A stretch of DNA of 32,000 nt from Candidatus Methanophagaceae archaeon. GTDB lineage: Archaea > Halobacteriota > Syntropharchaeia > Alkanophagales > Methanospirareceae. Where the stretch lies: contig PQXB01000001.1 in the NCBI GenBank assembly GCA_003194425.1, positions 880,444-912,443 on the forward strand, read 5' to 3'. Below, one piece after another: positions 7,850 through 16,235 of this stretch. The position numbers were made by a program, and so were the translations under genes. Below the pieces are notes generated by a model. It saw nothing but the letters and a program-made list of their open reading frames with translations. It made no database searches and had not been told where the DNA came from. Each line of letters begins with the position of its first letter. Position 1 is the first letter of the stretch.

Positions 7850-8002
7850 GTTAGAGCAGATTTGAGGAAGAAACCCAACGGCTTTAGTGCGGTCGTTGGA
7901 TAATATGCAAGCCTTAAAATTTTATGCAAAGATAATTTCAAAGATATTGGGGATGACATTTAGAAGAGAGTAGATGAAAAAGGGCAGATTCGGGGAGTAG
8001 CA

Positions 8003-8185
8003 ATTCTTAACTTCAGGAGAAGAGCGGAGAAGGGGGAAATAGAACTGCCGTACAAGTTGAGCCTTTCAAAGTCGGTTTAGCAAGAAAATATTTGATGTCT
8101 ATTTGATAGTTTATGATAACGAAGGCATATTTATAATAACAAGCATATAAAGTAAAGACTAAAAGGGAGAGGAAGAGAAAATGAA
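8003..8185. repeat. Direct repeat copy 1 (about 180 bp): promoter/leader module upstream of the TA cassette
   Basis: This copy aligns by eye with 8840-9023 at an offset of 837-838 bp. Long identical blocks include attcttaacttcaggagaagagc, gagaagggggaaatagaac, cctttcaaagtcggtttag, aagaaaatattt, tttatgataac and ataaagtaaaga. It contains the TATA-like 'gcatatttataataac' and runs into the ATG (atgaaaaa). Confidence 0.9.
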
Positions 8186-8435
8186 AAATTCGCAAAATTT
8201 CGCTCATGTGAGGATGAAGGCGCATTCAGTTATTGAAAGATTGTCTGAAAGCGAAATTGAAGAAATCTTGTCCCTTTTTGAGCAGGTCTTGGGGGAGAAA
8301 AGAGTTGGTTCGGCTGAAGAGGGGTGGAGAGCTTTTATGGAAATGGGCGAAGATGGTCTCGGCAGCAAATTGCAGAATGCCTCTGAAGAGCATGATAAAT
8401 ACCTCTACAGGAGAAAAGAGGGTGATTTTTATTGA
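8181..8435 (+). CDS. Putative antitoxin (VapB-like by position)
   Basis: This 84-aa acidic ORF lies immediately upstream of, and overlaps, the PIN-domain gene. I recognise no family signature, so the call rests on context only. An alternative start is M12 at 8214. Confidence 0.5.
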   Translation: MKNSQNFAHVRMKAHSVIERLSESEIEEILSLFEQVLGEKRVGSAEEGWRAFMEMGEDGLGSKLQNASEEHDKYLYRRKEGDFY

Positions 8436-8838
8436 CACTGGAGCCTGGATTGCCTTAGAAGATGTGAATGACAGAAACCACGCTGAAGCGGTGAAGTTCA
8501 GAGATAAACTCAGGAACGAAAATGAACGGCTTATTACCTCTTCTTATGTATTGGATGAAACTTACACTTTCCTGCTCCTCCACATTGGCTACGAGAAGAC
8601 GCTACTTTTTCATAATAGAATTCAAAGAATGAAGTTAGGTGGCGGCGTACTTGAGGTTTTTCATATCTCTGAGCAGACAGAAGAGGAAGGCTGGGTGGTC
8701 TTCAAAAGATTTAACAGCGATAAAAAGTGGTCTTTTACTGACTGCACGAGTAAAGTGGTGATGGACTCATTAAGGATTCACGCGGTGTTCACTTTTGACT
8801 ATCATTTCGAGCAGATGGGGTTTGCCCGAAAGCCATAA
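8392..8838 (+). CDS. vapC: PIN-domain ribonuclease toxin (VapC-like)
   Basis: The product contains VIFIDTGAWIAL (first acidic residue), SYVLDETYTFL, WSFTDCTS and FTFDYHF, which is the conserved PIN acidic quartet pattern. The ORF-track start at 8233 is an over-extension into the antitoxin. Likely starts are ATG 8392, or GTG 8422 which is preceded by ggagaaaagagg. Confidence 0.8.
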   Translation: MINTSTGEKRVIFIDTGAWIALEDVNDRNHAEAVKFRDKLRNENERLITSSYVLDETYTFLLLHIGYEKTLLFHNRIQRMKLGGGVLEVFHISEQTEEEGWVVFKRFNSDKKWSFTDCTSKVVMDSLRIHAVFTFDYHFEQMGFARKP

Positions 8839-8839
8839 T

Positions 8840-9023
8840 ATTCTTAACTTCAGGAGAAGAGCTGAGAAGGGGGAAATAGAACCACCGTTTGTGCTGAACC
8901 TTTCAAAGTCGGTTTAGTAAGAAAATATTTAATGTCTATTCAATATATTTATGATAACAAGAGCATATTTTAATAACAAAGATATAAAGTAAAGAATAGA
9001 AGGGAGAATAAAGATAAGATGAA
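8840..9023. repeat. Direct repeat copy 2 (about 180 bp): promoter/leader module upstream of the giant surface protein gene
   Basis: See copy 1. This copy begins immediately after the vapC stop codon (8836-8838) and ends in the ATG of the 1961-aa ORF (atgaagaa). It has the TATA-like 'gcatattttaataac'. Confidence 0.9.
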
Positions 9024-12000
9024 GAAAAGCGAAAGGGGGGAGAAAGGGATAATGAGAAAAGGGGTAGCAATTGCGATTTTGGCGATTGTGTGGTCTGTTT
9101 TTGGCGGTGGCGCGGTCTCGGCGGCGGGAGAGACTGTGTTAGAGGCAGAGGATTTAACGAATAATGCAAGCTTTGAAGAATTGGTTAAATTTAATATTAT
9201 CGCTTTGGATGATGATATCGTAGAAACTCCTCCGTTTGAGTTGGAGTTCTGCGCTACAGGAGAAGTGGCTACATATGGCGGCGATTATTCTCGTGGGGTC
9301 ACTGTTGACAAAAACAACGGCAAGATAGAGTCTTATACTTATGCTGTTAGTGCGTTCCTCGGTTCAAGTGCCGCTATTACAATCGGTGGCACAGGGGACA
9401 CCATCAACATTCCCGCTGACGGCGAGTACAGAATTACTCCTACTTTCCGCATCAAAGGTAAAATTGGGGCTGACGACCTTCAGGTGTTACCCACCTCAGG
9501 CTCAGGCTCCAGTTTTTGCATTTTTTTGTCCGTAGAAGATAAAGAGGATTCAGAGAAATATTCTCAGAATTTTGGGATAGCGGACGCAGATGTCGCAACC
9601 TGCGAGTTGGCAGAAGCCCCAGAAGTCATTCTAAAAGAAATAGCCAGTCTCTTGGTAGAAGGGCTTACGGGAGTCTCTCTCACTCCGCCAAGTCCTGGCC
9701 ACCGAGCCATAAAAATAGACGGAACCGTGAAAAAATCGGTGCAGACATTTCTGCCAAAAGGCGACTACAACATTCTGGGTGCTTGTGAGCTAAGGAGTGC
9801 GTCGGCGACACTTGGTCCTGCAACCTCTTCAACTTATGCAGACTTCTCAAGATCCTCTCTCTCTCTTTTTGACGATGAGCCTTCGGCTGATGAATATGTA
9901 AAACTAACAGAGATTAGAATTGAGAAAGTGGAAGGAGAGAACACACCGCCTCTTGCGGGATTCACACCAACCAAAGCAGAGATTTATGTCGGGCAGTCGG
10001 TTAGCTTTGACGCTTCGGAGAGCAAAGATTATTTCGGCTCTGTAGAAAATTATTACTGGGAGTTCGAAGGTGGCAGCCCCTCTACTTCCACCTCCAAGAG
10101 ACCCACCGTAGAGTGGAACAGTCCCGGAATATACAAAGCCACACTCAAAGTTCAGGACAACGAAGGTGCGTGGAGTGCCCCTGCCAGCGGAACGGTTACC
10201 GTGAGAAACCGCCCTGCGACGGGGAGCATCTCAATGAGTCCAGAAAACCCTGTGAAGAGCCAGTTGATAACATTCACAGCTGATGTGCAGGACCCAGAAG
10301 GAATTACAATTTATCTCTGGAACTTTGGCGATGGCATTTCGACCGCAGTAGGGAAGCAGGCTACACACGCGTACAAATATGCGGGCAGTTATGAGGTCAC
10401 ATTAACAGTAGAGGACAAGTTCAACGGCGTGACCAAGTTCACAAGGACGGTTGAGGTCAGCGAGTGGTCGGGCTCGTCTGAGATTAGGATCGACGAGGTC
10501 TGGGCTGTGGACGGGGTTGACCTTGTGGGAGGGCATCGCCCACATTTGGAAGACCTTCGTGTAGGCTTCAAAGGTTATTCAGACGGCTACGAGTTCTGCG
10601 ACGCTTATGATGTTCGGGTTTTTGACGAGACTCGTGGAATTTTGTTAGGGACGAAGTCGGGTGAAGAGAATATGGAACTCGGGGATCGCGTCTGGTGCGG
10701 GATGGACAAGACACTGTTCAGAAAGACAGGTGCTCGTAACCTCAAGATAATAGCTCATCATTCAGGCGGCAATGAGGCAGAGGCAGTATTGAAAATAAAT
10801 GTGGGGGTTGACAACACTCAAAGCAAATACTACAACAATTTCAACATATTTCCCTCGCGCCCTTATGCCGGCGAGACTGTTACCGTTGACGCCACGCATT
10901 TGAGTGAAGATGCAAGCGGAAATCCGATTTTAGGCTACGACTGGTTCGTTATTCAAGAAGGGCATCAGCCGATATGGAACGAGCCGGGACCCAGTAAGAT
11001 AACTTTCGTCCCTCAGGACACAGGCGAATACTACATCTGCCTGAGTAACACAGAGCAGTACGACGCTTATTTGATAGACGACTTCGACCTTTGGGTGCGG
11101 GAGAGCGGCTACTACGAACCGCATCTGACGATAACAGAATTCACAGTCCCAAGCACAGCGGTTCTGGAGAAGGGGTGCCCTGTAACTACAAAGATAACGA
11201 ACTCTGGGAATGAATACGGGCATTTCATTGTGCGGTACAAAGTAGACGGAAAAATCGTTGATATTGACACTGGTTATGTGTGCGAGAAGGATAAAGAGAC
11301 GCTGAGAAATACGCTTGTCTTGCCTGAAGGCTCGCACACAGTCGCGATTGATTTCATAAACGCAGAGAACCAGTTAGTAACAAAAAGTAAGACAGTGAGT
11401 GTAGTCAAAAATAAGCCGCCGACGGTAGAGGTCGCGAGCATTTCGCCAGCCGAGATTTTTATGGGTGCTCTTGTTACTTTCGTTGCGAGTGCGAGCGACG
11501 CCGACGGTAAGGTCTCAAAAGTGGTTTGGAACTTTGGGAACGGTGCTACCGCCACTGGCGAGACCGTTACTTACAGTTACCCAAAGACCGGGAATTACAT
11601 CGTCCGAGTGGTGGTTACAGACGACTGCGGTGCGACGGCGGAGGACTGTGCAGAGGTTACTGTAAAACCCCTCAACACGCCACCTTACAAGCCGAGTGCC
11701 CCCTCGCCGTCTGACGGTGCTACCGGGGTCTCGGTTGCGGCGGAGTTGAGGTGGAGCGGTGGCGACCCCGAGGGCGATTCTGTGTCCTACGATGTTTTTC
11801 TTGAGAAGGGAGACAGCACGCCGGATGTTTTGGTCTCGGACGACCAAGTCGTCGAGACCTTCACCCCCGCGGGGCTGGATTTCGAGTCGCACTACTTCTG
11901 GAAGGTCGTGGCTACAGACGAGAACGGTGCCACTACCGAGGGGGCTGTCTGGGACTTCTGGACCGAGGCAGCGCCGCCGCCCGCTCCGCCTGCTGTCACT

Positions 12001-14904
12001 TCCTTCGCTCCCCCTTCACCTGTAGCCGACGAAGAAGGGGCGACGAGAACTTTCAGCCTCTCTACTGACCAGACCGTTGAGGTGGTTTGGCAGGTTAACG
12101 GCACGACGGTGCAGAGAGACGCAGGCGTGACCTCTTCCGCCTACACAAACACCAGCGCTGCAGTCGGGGTCTGGAATGTGTCCGCGGTCGCGAGGAACGC
12201 AAACGGCACAGTGAGGCAGACTTGGGTCTGGAGTGTGGCGCCGAAGAACCGACCCCCAACCGCAGATTTCTCCTTCTCTCCTTCGCTTCCTTCTGCGGGT
12301 GAGGAAGTGAATTTTGACGCTTCCGCCTCAAAAGACTCGGACGGCTCAATCGTCTCTTACGACTGGGAGTTCGGCGACGGGAAGAGCGGGACAGGGGAAA
12401 CGACAAAACACTCGTACTCGGAGGGTGGGACTTACGCGGTGAATTTGACGGTAACAGACGACGACGGTGCTACCAACCGAACAACAAAAATCGTTGCGGT
12501 TAGCAAAGTCCCAAAGGTTATTTTCGTGCCCGACGACTACGCGACGATTCAAGCAGCGGTGAACGCCGCCTCGCCCGGCGACACGATTATCGTCCGCGAC
12601 GGGACTTACTGCGAGAATGTAGAAATCAGCACCCCGCACCTGACAATTCGCTCCGAGAACGGCTCTGACCGAACGACTGTTCTGGCTAAGGATCCAAAAG
12701 ACCACGTCTTCAATGTGGCCGGGGATTTCGTTAACCTCTCTGGCTTCACTGCTACTGGCGCTGAAGACTGGAATGCAGGGATTTACCTCTACCACGCAGC
12801 CCACTGCAACATTTCCTTCAACAACGCTGAGAACAACAACAACTACGGCATCTGGCTGGATTATTCGAGCAACAACATTTTGACGGGCAACATCGCTAAC
12901 TACAACAACAACTACGGCATCTGGCTGGATTATTCGTGCAACAACAACTCCCTTACCGGCAACAACGCTGAGAACAACAAGTACGGCATCTGGCTGGATT
13001 ATTCGTGCAACAACAACTCCCTTACCGGCAACAACGCTGAGAACAACGACGTCGGCATCTTGCTGGATTATTCGAGCAACAACATTTTGACGGGCAACAC
13101 CGCTAACTACAACAGGTACGGCATCTTGCTGTATTCTTCGTGCAACAACAACTCCCTTACCGGCAACAACGCTAACTACAACAACAGGTACGGCATCCGA
13201 CTGTATTCTTCGAGCAACAACACGCTCACCGGCAACAAGATGTCAGGAAACCGTCACAACTTTGGTGTCTTGGGGCGTGAGGTTTCTGACTACATCCAAA
13301 AAATAGAAAGAAGCAACACGGTGGAGAGGAGGCCGGTTATTTATTGGGTAGAAGAGCGAGACAAGGAGGTGCCGAGCGATGCCGGTTATGTCGGAATAGT
13401 AAAATCCAAGAATATAACCGTCCGCAACCTAACACTGACAAACAATTCTGAAGGTGTGCTCTTCGTCAACACAGCAGATTCAAGAATAGAGAATGTTACT
13501 GCCTCTAACAACGACGACGGCATCTGGCTGAATTATTCGTGCAACAACAACTCCCTTACCGGCAACAACGCTAACTACAACTACTACTTCGGCATCTGGC
13601 TGTATTCTTCGTGCAACAACAACTCCCTTACCGGCAACAACGCTAACTACAACAACAGGTACGGCATCTTGCTGTCTGATTCGAGCAACAACACCCTTAC
13701 CGGCAACAACGCTGAGAACAACAAGTACGGCATCCGACTGTATTCTTCGAGCAACAACAAAATCTACCTCAACAACTTCTTCAACAACACCTACAGCAAC
13801 GTTGATTCTGATAAGTCAAAGAACAATTGGAGCACGAGCGAGAAGAGAACTTACAAGTACAAAGGAGCGAGTTACGAGAACTACCTCGGGAACTACTGGG
13901 GCGACTACGTAGGGAGCGACGAGGACGGGGACGGAATCGGCGAGACTGCTTACAGCGTAGACGAAGACGACAGAGACGACTACCCGCTGATGGAGCGGAG
14001 TGAGAGTTACTTTAAAGAGGAGGAGAACGAGCCGCCGGTAGCGGAGTTCAGCTACTCGCCGGAGGAGCCGGAGGAAAAAGAGGAGGTGAGGTTCAACGGC
14101 AGTGCATCTTACGACGAAGACGGAGCGGTAGAGGGTTACGAGTGGGAGTTCGGGGACGGGAGAAAAGGAACAGGAGAAACAGCAACGCATTCTTACGGCT
14201 CGGCAGGGAACTACACGGTGAATTTAACGGTAACAGACGACGACGGAGCGAGGAACTCAACAACGAAGACAGTTACAGTAAGCAGCGAGCAAACGCCAAC
14301 AGTGCCAACGGTCTCAATCAGAACAGACAAGACAGAGTACCACCCCGGCGACTTGATGAACAACACAATTCGCCTGAAGAACCCGAGAGAGACCGAAGAG
14401 CAGGTCTTCTTCGGGTGGTATTTTATCCTTACGGACAGCGGCGGTTGGGGCGAGATTTTGAGCACAGAACTAACGCTTCCACCGGGGTTTAACGAGACGT
14501 TCTCGGTGCCGCTGCGGGTTGGGTACTGGGCGCCGGTTGGGTTCAACGCGAGTTGGCGCGTCGTCCTTCTTAACACAACGACTTACGAAATAGTGAGCGT
14601 GGACGGGGCGGATTGGAAGTACGTGCCTGCGGCGAAGGCGAAAGAGGCGGGGAAGGCGGAGGGCGAAGGAGGGGGAGAGCGAGAGGAAAAAGGGGAAGTA
14701 GTGCCTGATGTACAAGTGCAAGTGCGGAACTACGATGTATTGAAAAAGTATCTCACGAAGCCAACGGATTTATTCGTTGGAGCTTCTCACAACAGTTTTC
14801 CCCGGTTCATTATCTCGTTCGGGTCCAGCACCCTGAGGAACTTCTTCCAAACCTCAGCGAGGTGCCCGATCCGCTCCACCGTCGGCTCAATTATCCCCGC
14901 GTAA
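9019..14904 (+). CDS. Giant secreted/cell-surface protein with PKD, CARDB-like and FN3-like modules and a NosD-type right-handed beta-helix
   Basis: The product is 1961 aa. A signal/anchor MRKGVAIAILAIVWSVFGGGAVSAAG follows M12 (nt 9052). Five PKD-type modules carry the F(D/N)ASxS ... WxFGDG ... HxY ... GxYxVxLTVxDDxG pattern (about nt 9943-10206, 10207-10461, 11413-11670, 12244-12504, 14026-14283). A CARDB-like module spans about nt 11116-11400. An FN3-like module (PSPSDGATGVS ... LRWSGGDPEGDSVSYDVFL ... HYFWKVVATDENG) spans about nt 11671-11964. A parallel beta-helix region with 22-23-aa NNxLTGNxAxxNxYGIxL repeats, ending in GNYWGDY ... DEDGDGIGE ... DDYPL, spans about nt 12511-13998. The last roughly 40 codons overlap the convergent gene and look non-protein-like. 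Confidence 0.85.
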   Translation: MKKSERGEKGIMRKGVAIAILAIVWSVFGGGAVSAAGETVLEAEDLTNNASFEELVKFNIIALDDDIVETPPFELEFCATGEVATYGGDYSRGVTVDKNNGKIESYTYAVSAFLGSSAAITIGGTGDTINIPADGEYRITPTFRIKGKIGADDLQVLPTSGSGSSFCIFLSVEDKEDSEKYSQNFGIADADVATCELAEAPEVILKEIASLLVEGLTGVSLTPPSPGHRAIKIDGTVKKSVQTFLPKGDYNILGACELRSASATLGPATSSTYADFSRSSLSLFDDEPSADEYVKLTEIRIEKVEGENTPPLAGFTPTKAEIYVGQSVSFDASESKDYFGSVENYYWEFEGGSPSTSTSKRPTVEWNSPGIYKATLKVQDNEGAWSAPASGTVTVRNRPATGSISMSPENPVKSQLITFTADVQDPEGITIYLWNFGDGISTAVGKQATHAYKYAGSYEVTLTVEDKFNGVTKFTRTVEVSEWSGSSEIRIDEVWAVDGVDLVGGHRPHLEDLRVGFKGYSDGYEFCDAYDVRVFDETRGILLGTKSGEENMELGDRVWCGMDKTLFRKTGARNLKIIAHHSGGNEAEAVLKINVGVDNTQSKYYNNFNIFPSRPYAGETVTVDATHLSEDASGNPILGYDWFVIQEGHQPIWNEPGPSKITFVPQDTGEYYICLSNTEQYDAYLIDDFDLWVRESGYYEPHLTITEFTVPSTAVLEKGCPVTTKITNSGNEYGHFIVRYKVDGKIVDIDTGYVCEKDKETLRNTLVLPEGSHTVAIDFINAENQLVTKSKTVSVVKNKPPTVEVASISPAEIFMGALVTFVASASDADGKVSKVVWNFGNGATATGETVTYSYPKTGNYIVRVVVTDDCGATAEDCAEVTVKPLNTPPYKPSAPSPSDGATGVSVAAELRWSGGDPEGDSVSYDVFLEKGDSTPDVLVSDDQVVETFTPAGLDFESHYFWKVVATDENGATTEGAVWDFWTEAAPPPAPPAVTSFAPPSPVADEEGATRTFSLSTDQTVEVVWQVNGTTVQRDAGVTSSAYTNTSAAVGVWNVSAVARNANGTVRQTWVWSVAPKNRPPTADFSFSPSLPSAGEEVNFDASASKDSDGSIVSYDWEFGDGKSGTGETTKHSYSEGGTYAVNLTVTDDDGATNRTTKIVAVSKVPKVIFVPDDYATIQAAVNAASPGDTIIVRDGTYCENVEISTPHLTIRSENGSDRTTVLAKDPKDHVFNVAGDFVNLSGFTATGAEDWNAGIYLYHAAHCNISFNNAENNNNYGIWLDYSSNNILTGNIANYNNNYGIWLDYSCNNNSLTGNNAENNKYGIWLDYSCNNNSLTGNNAENNDVGILLDYSSNNILTGNTANYNRYGILLYSSCNNNSLTGNNANYNNRYGIRLYSSSNNTLTGNKMSGNRHNFGVLGREVSDYIQKIERSNTVERRPVIYWVEERDKEVPSDAGYVGIVKSKNITVRNLTLTNNSEGVLFVNTADSRIENVTASNNDDGIWLNYSCNNNSLTGNNANYNYYFGIWLYSSCNNNSLTGNNANYNNRYGILLSDSSNNTLTGNNAENNKYGIRLYSSSNNKIYLNNFFNNTYSNVDSDKSKNNWSTSEKRTYKYKGASYENYLGNYWGDYVGSDEDGDGIGETAYSVDEDDRDDYPLMERSESYFKEEENEPPVAEFSYSPEEPEEKEEVRFNGSASYDEDGAVEGYEWEFGDGRKGTGETATHSYGSAGNYTVNLTVTDDDGARNSTTKTVTVSSEQTPTVPTVSIRTDKTEYHPGDLMNNTIRLKNPRETEEQVFFGWYFILTDSGGWGEILSTELTLPPGFNETFSVPLRVGYWAPVGFNASWRVVLLNTTTYEIVSVDGADWKYVPAAKAKEAGKAEGEGGGEREEKGEVVPDVQVQVRNYDVLKKYLTKPTDLFVGASHNSFPRFIISFGSSTLRNFFQTSARCPIRSTVGSIIPA
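12814..13233 (+). repeat. Intragenic tandem repeats, array 1 (66-69-bp units encoding beta-helix coils), near-identical at the DNA level
   Basis: One example is the 69-bp unit tacggcatctggctggattattcgtgcaacaacaactcccttaccggcaacaacgctgagaacaacaag, which occurs twice in perfect succession. Neighbouring units differ by only a few bases. Confidence 0.9.
13507..13773 (+). repeat. Intragenic tandem repeats, array 2 (same unit family as array 1)
   Basis: The block ggcatctggctg.attattcgtgcaacaacaactcccttaccggcaacaacgct recurs here and in array 1. The two arrays are separated by a unique beta-helix segment of about 270 bp. Confidence 0.9.
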
Positions 14905-16235
14905 GGTCTGAACCAGCCGTAAATGCCGAGGTCAAGCAGCCTCTGAAATTGCTTCGCGTTGTAGTTCCTCAACTTCTCCCCTGCCCCCGGCTCGCTCCCG
15001 TCGTAAAAAACATCGAGTTCGAAGTAGCAGAGTTGCCCGTGAAAACTGTAAATTGGGTCGATGTAGAAGTGGACGTGGTCTTGCGGAATTCCGACCTCCA
15101 GCGCGGTCTTCTCGTGCAACGCGTAGTACTCCGCAGCCAGCGTCAAGGGTCCGTAAAGCCCGATGCAGTGGTAGTTCCCCCGCCCCTGCAGCCCAAAAAC
15201 CATACAACTCTTCTCTGCACCGCCCAAACTCTCCTCCTCGAAAGTCCTCGCGAACTCCGCCGGGAACTCCAGCACTCGCCCTCCCGTCCCTCCCGAGTCC
15301 GCCGAGTCTGCCGAGTCTGCCGAGTCTGCCAAGTACTCCTGCACCAACTTCGCCTTCGCCTCAAAAATCCCGTCTACTCCCTCCACGAGCACGCAGAGAA
15401 CGAACTTCGGCAGCTCCTCGTACGGAAAATCAAAGGTCCCGCAAATGCCCTTCAGCCAGCTCTGGTTGTCCACGAGTCGAATGCTCGCAGCCAACTCGTC
15501 GTTCATCAAATTATAAATAACTTTCGTCGCCGCTCCAACTTCGTCAAAGCCAACAAAATAAACTTTTCTGTTGTCGTACAACCTGTAGAGTTTCGCCGTT
15601 AGTTCGGTCACCACACCGCACGTCCCGGGGTGGGCGCTGAAAACGCCGGTGAAATCCGGACCCACACCGTACCTGAAGTAAGGCATTTCGGAGAGCGACC
15701 GCGACCCTGTCTTTAGCGTCTCGCCGTTCGGCAGAATCATTTCGTACGAGAGCGTGTGGTCGTGCCCGTCCGCAGCCGAGGTCTGGTAAATCCCACGCAA
15801 GTAGTAATTCACCAGCACGCTCACGGTAAGCGGTGCGTCGGGAAACGCTGGTCGCAGCTTGTGTTTCCGCGTCTCCTCCAGCAGCATCCCAAAAGTTACG
15901 CCCGGCTCCACCGTCGCAGTCTTCATCTCCGGGTTCACCTCCAAAATCCGATTCATCCTCGAGAGATCTAACAGAACGCTACCCTCGTGCACTGGAATCG
16001 CCAGACCTCGCACATTTATGCCCGTGCTGTAAGGTACCACAGGGACTTTCTCCCGGTTCGCAAGCACCAAAACCTCCCGCACCTCTTCCTTGTCCCCAGG
16101 TCGCACGACAAAAGCTGGATTCTTCGCAGGCACAAAGTGCCAGTGCTGGTCTCTCGAATAAGAGGCACAAATCGCCCGGTCGCTCGTCGCGTTCTCTTCT
16201 CCTACTACCCCCTGCACAAGCTTTAAGAAATTCAT
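14787..16235 (-). CDS. FAD-binding oxidoreductase (FAD-linked oxidase, GlcD / D-lactate dehydrogenase-like)
   Basis: The 482-aa product has an FAD_binding_4-type N-terminus (PAFVVRPGDKEEVREVLVLANREKVPVVPYSTGINVRGLAIP) and a C-terminal LDPNEIMNRGKLL typical of the family. Its ATG overlaps the stop of the upstream Fe-S gene (ATGA at 16232-16235). The (ADS)4 insert comes from a 9-bp x4 repeat at about 15302-15340. Confidence 0.85.
   Translation of the reverse strand: MNFLKLVQGVVGEENATSDRAICASYSRDQHWHFVPAKNPAFVVRPGDKEEVREVLVLANREKVPVVPYSTGINVRGLAIPVHEGSVLLDLSRMNRILEVNPEMKTATVEPGVTFGMLLEETRKHKLRPAFPDAPLTVSVLVNYYLRGIYQTSAADGHDHTLSYEMILPNGETLKTGSRSLSEMPYFRYGVGPDFTGVFSAHPGTCGVVTELTAKLYRLYDNRKVYFVGFDEVGAATKVIYNLMNDELAASIRLVDNQSWLKGICGTFDFPYEELPKFVLCVLVEGVDGIFEAKAKLVQEYLADSADSADSADSGGTGGRVLEFPAEFARTFEEESLGGAEKSCMVFGLQGRGNYHCIGLYGPLTLAAEYYALHEKTALEVGIPQDHVHFYIDPIYSFHGQLCYFELDVFYDGSEPGAGEKLRNYNAKQFQRLLDLGIYGWFRPYAGIIEPTVERIGHLAEVWKKFLRVLDPNEIMNRGKLL

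Noticed and set aside
8233-8391. Long N-terminal extension of the PIN gene (ORF-track start at 8233)
   Set aside because: The extension is basic and low-information (MKDCLKAKLKKSCPFLSRSWGRK...). It lies entirely inside the antitoxin ORF in another frame. PIN domains normally begin a few residues before the first Asp (IFIDTG).
8003-9023. Calling the repeat-flanked vapBC cassette a mobile element (IS, MITE or integron cassette)
   Set aside because: I found no transposase or integrase, no terminal inverted repeats and no obvious target-site duplication. The flanking repeats are direct and look like promoter/leader sequence. I report it as a repeat-bracketed cassette only.
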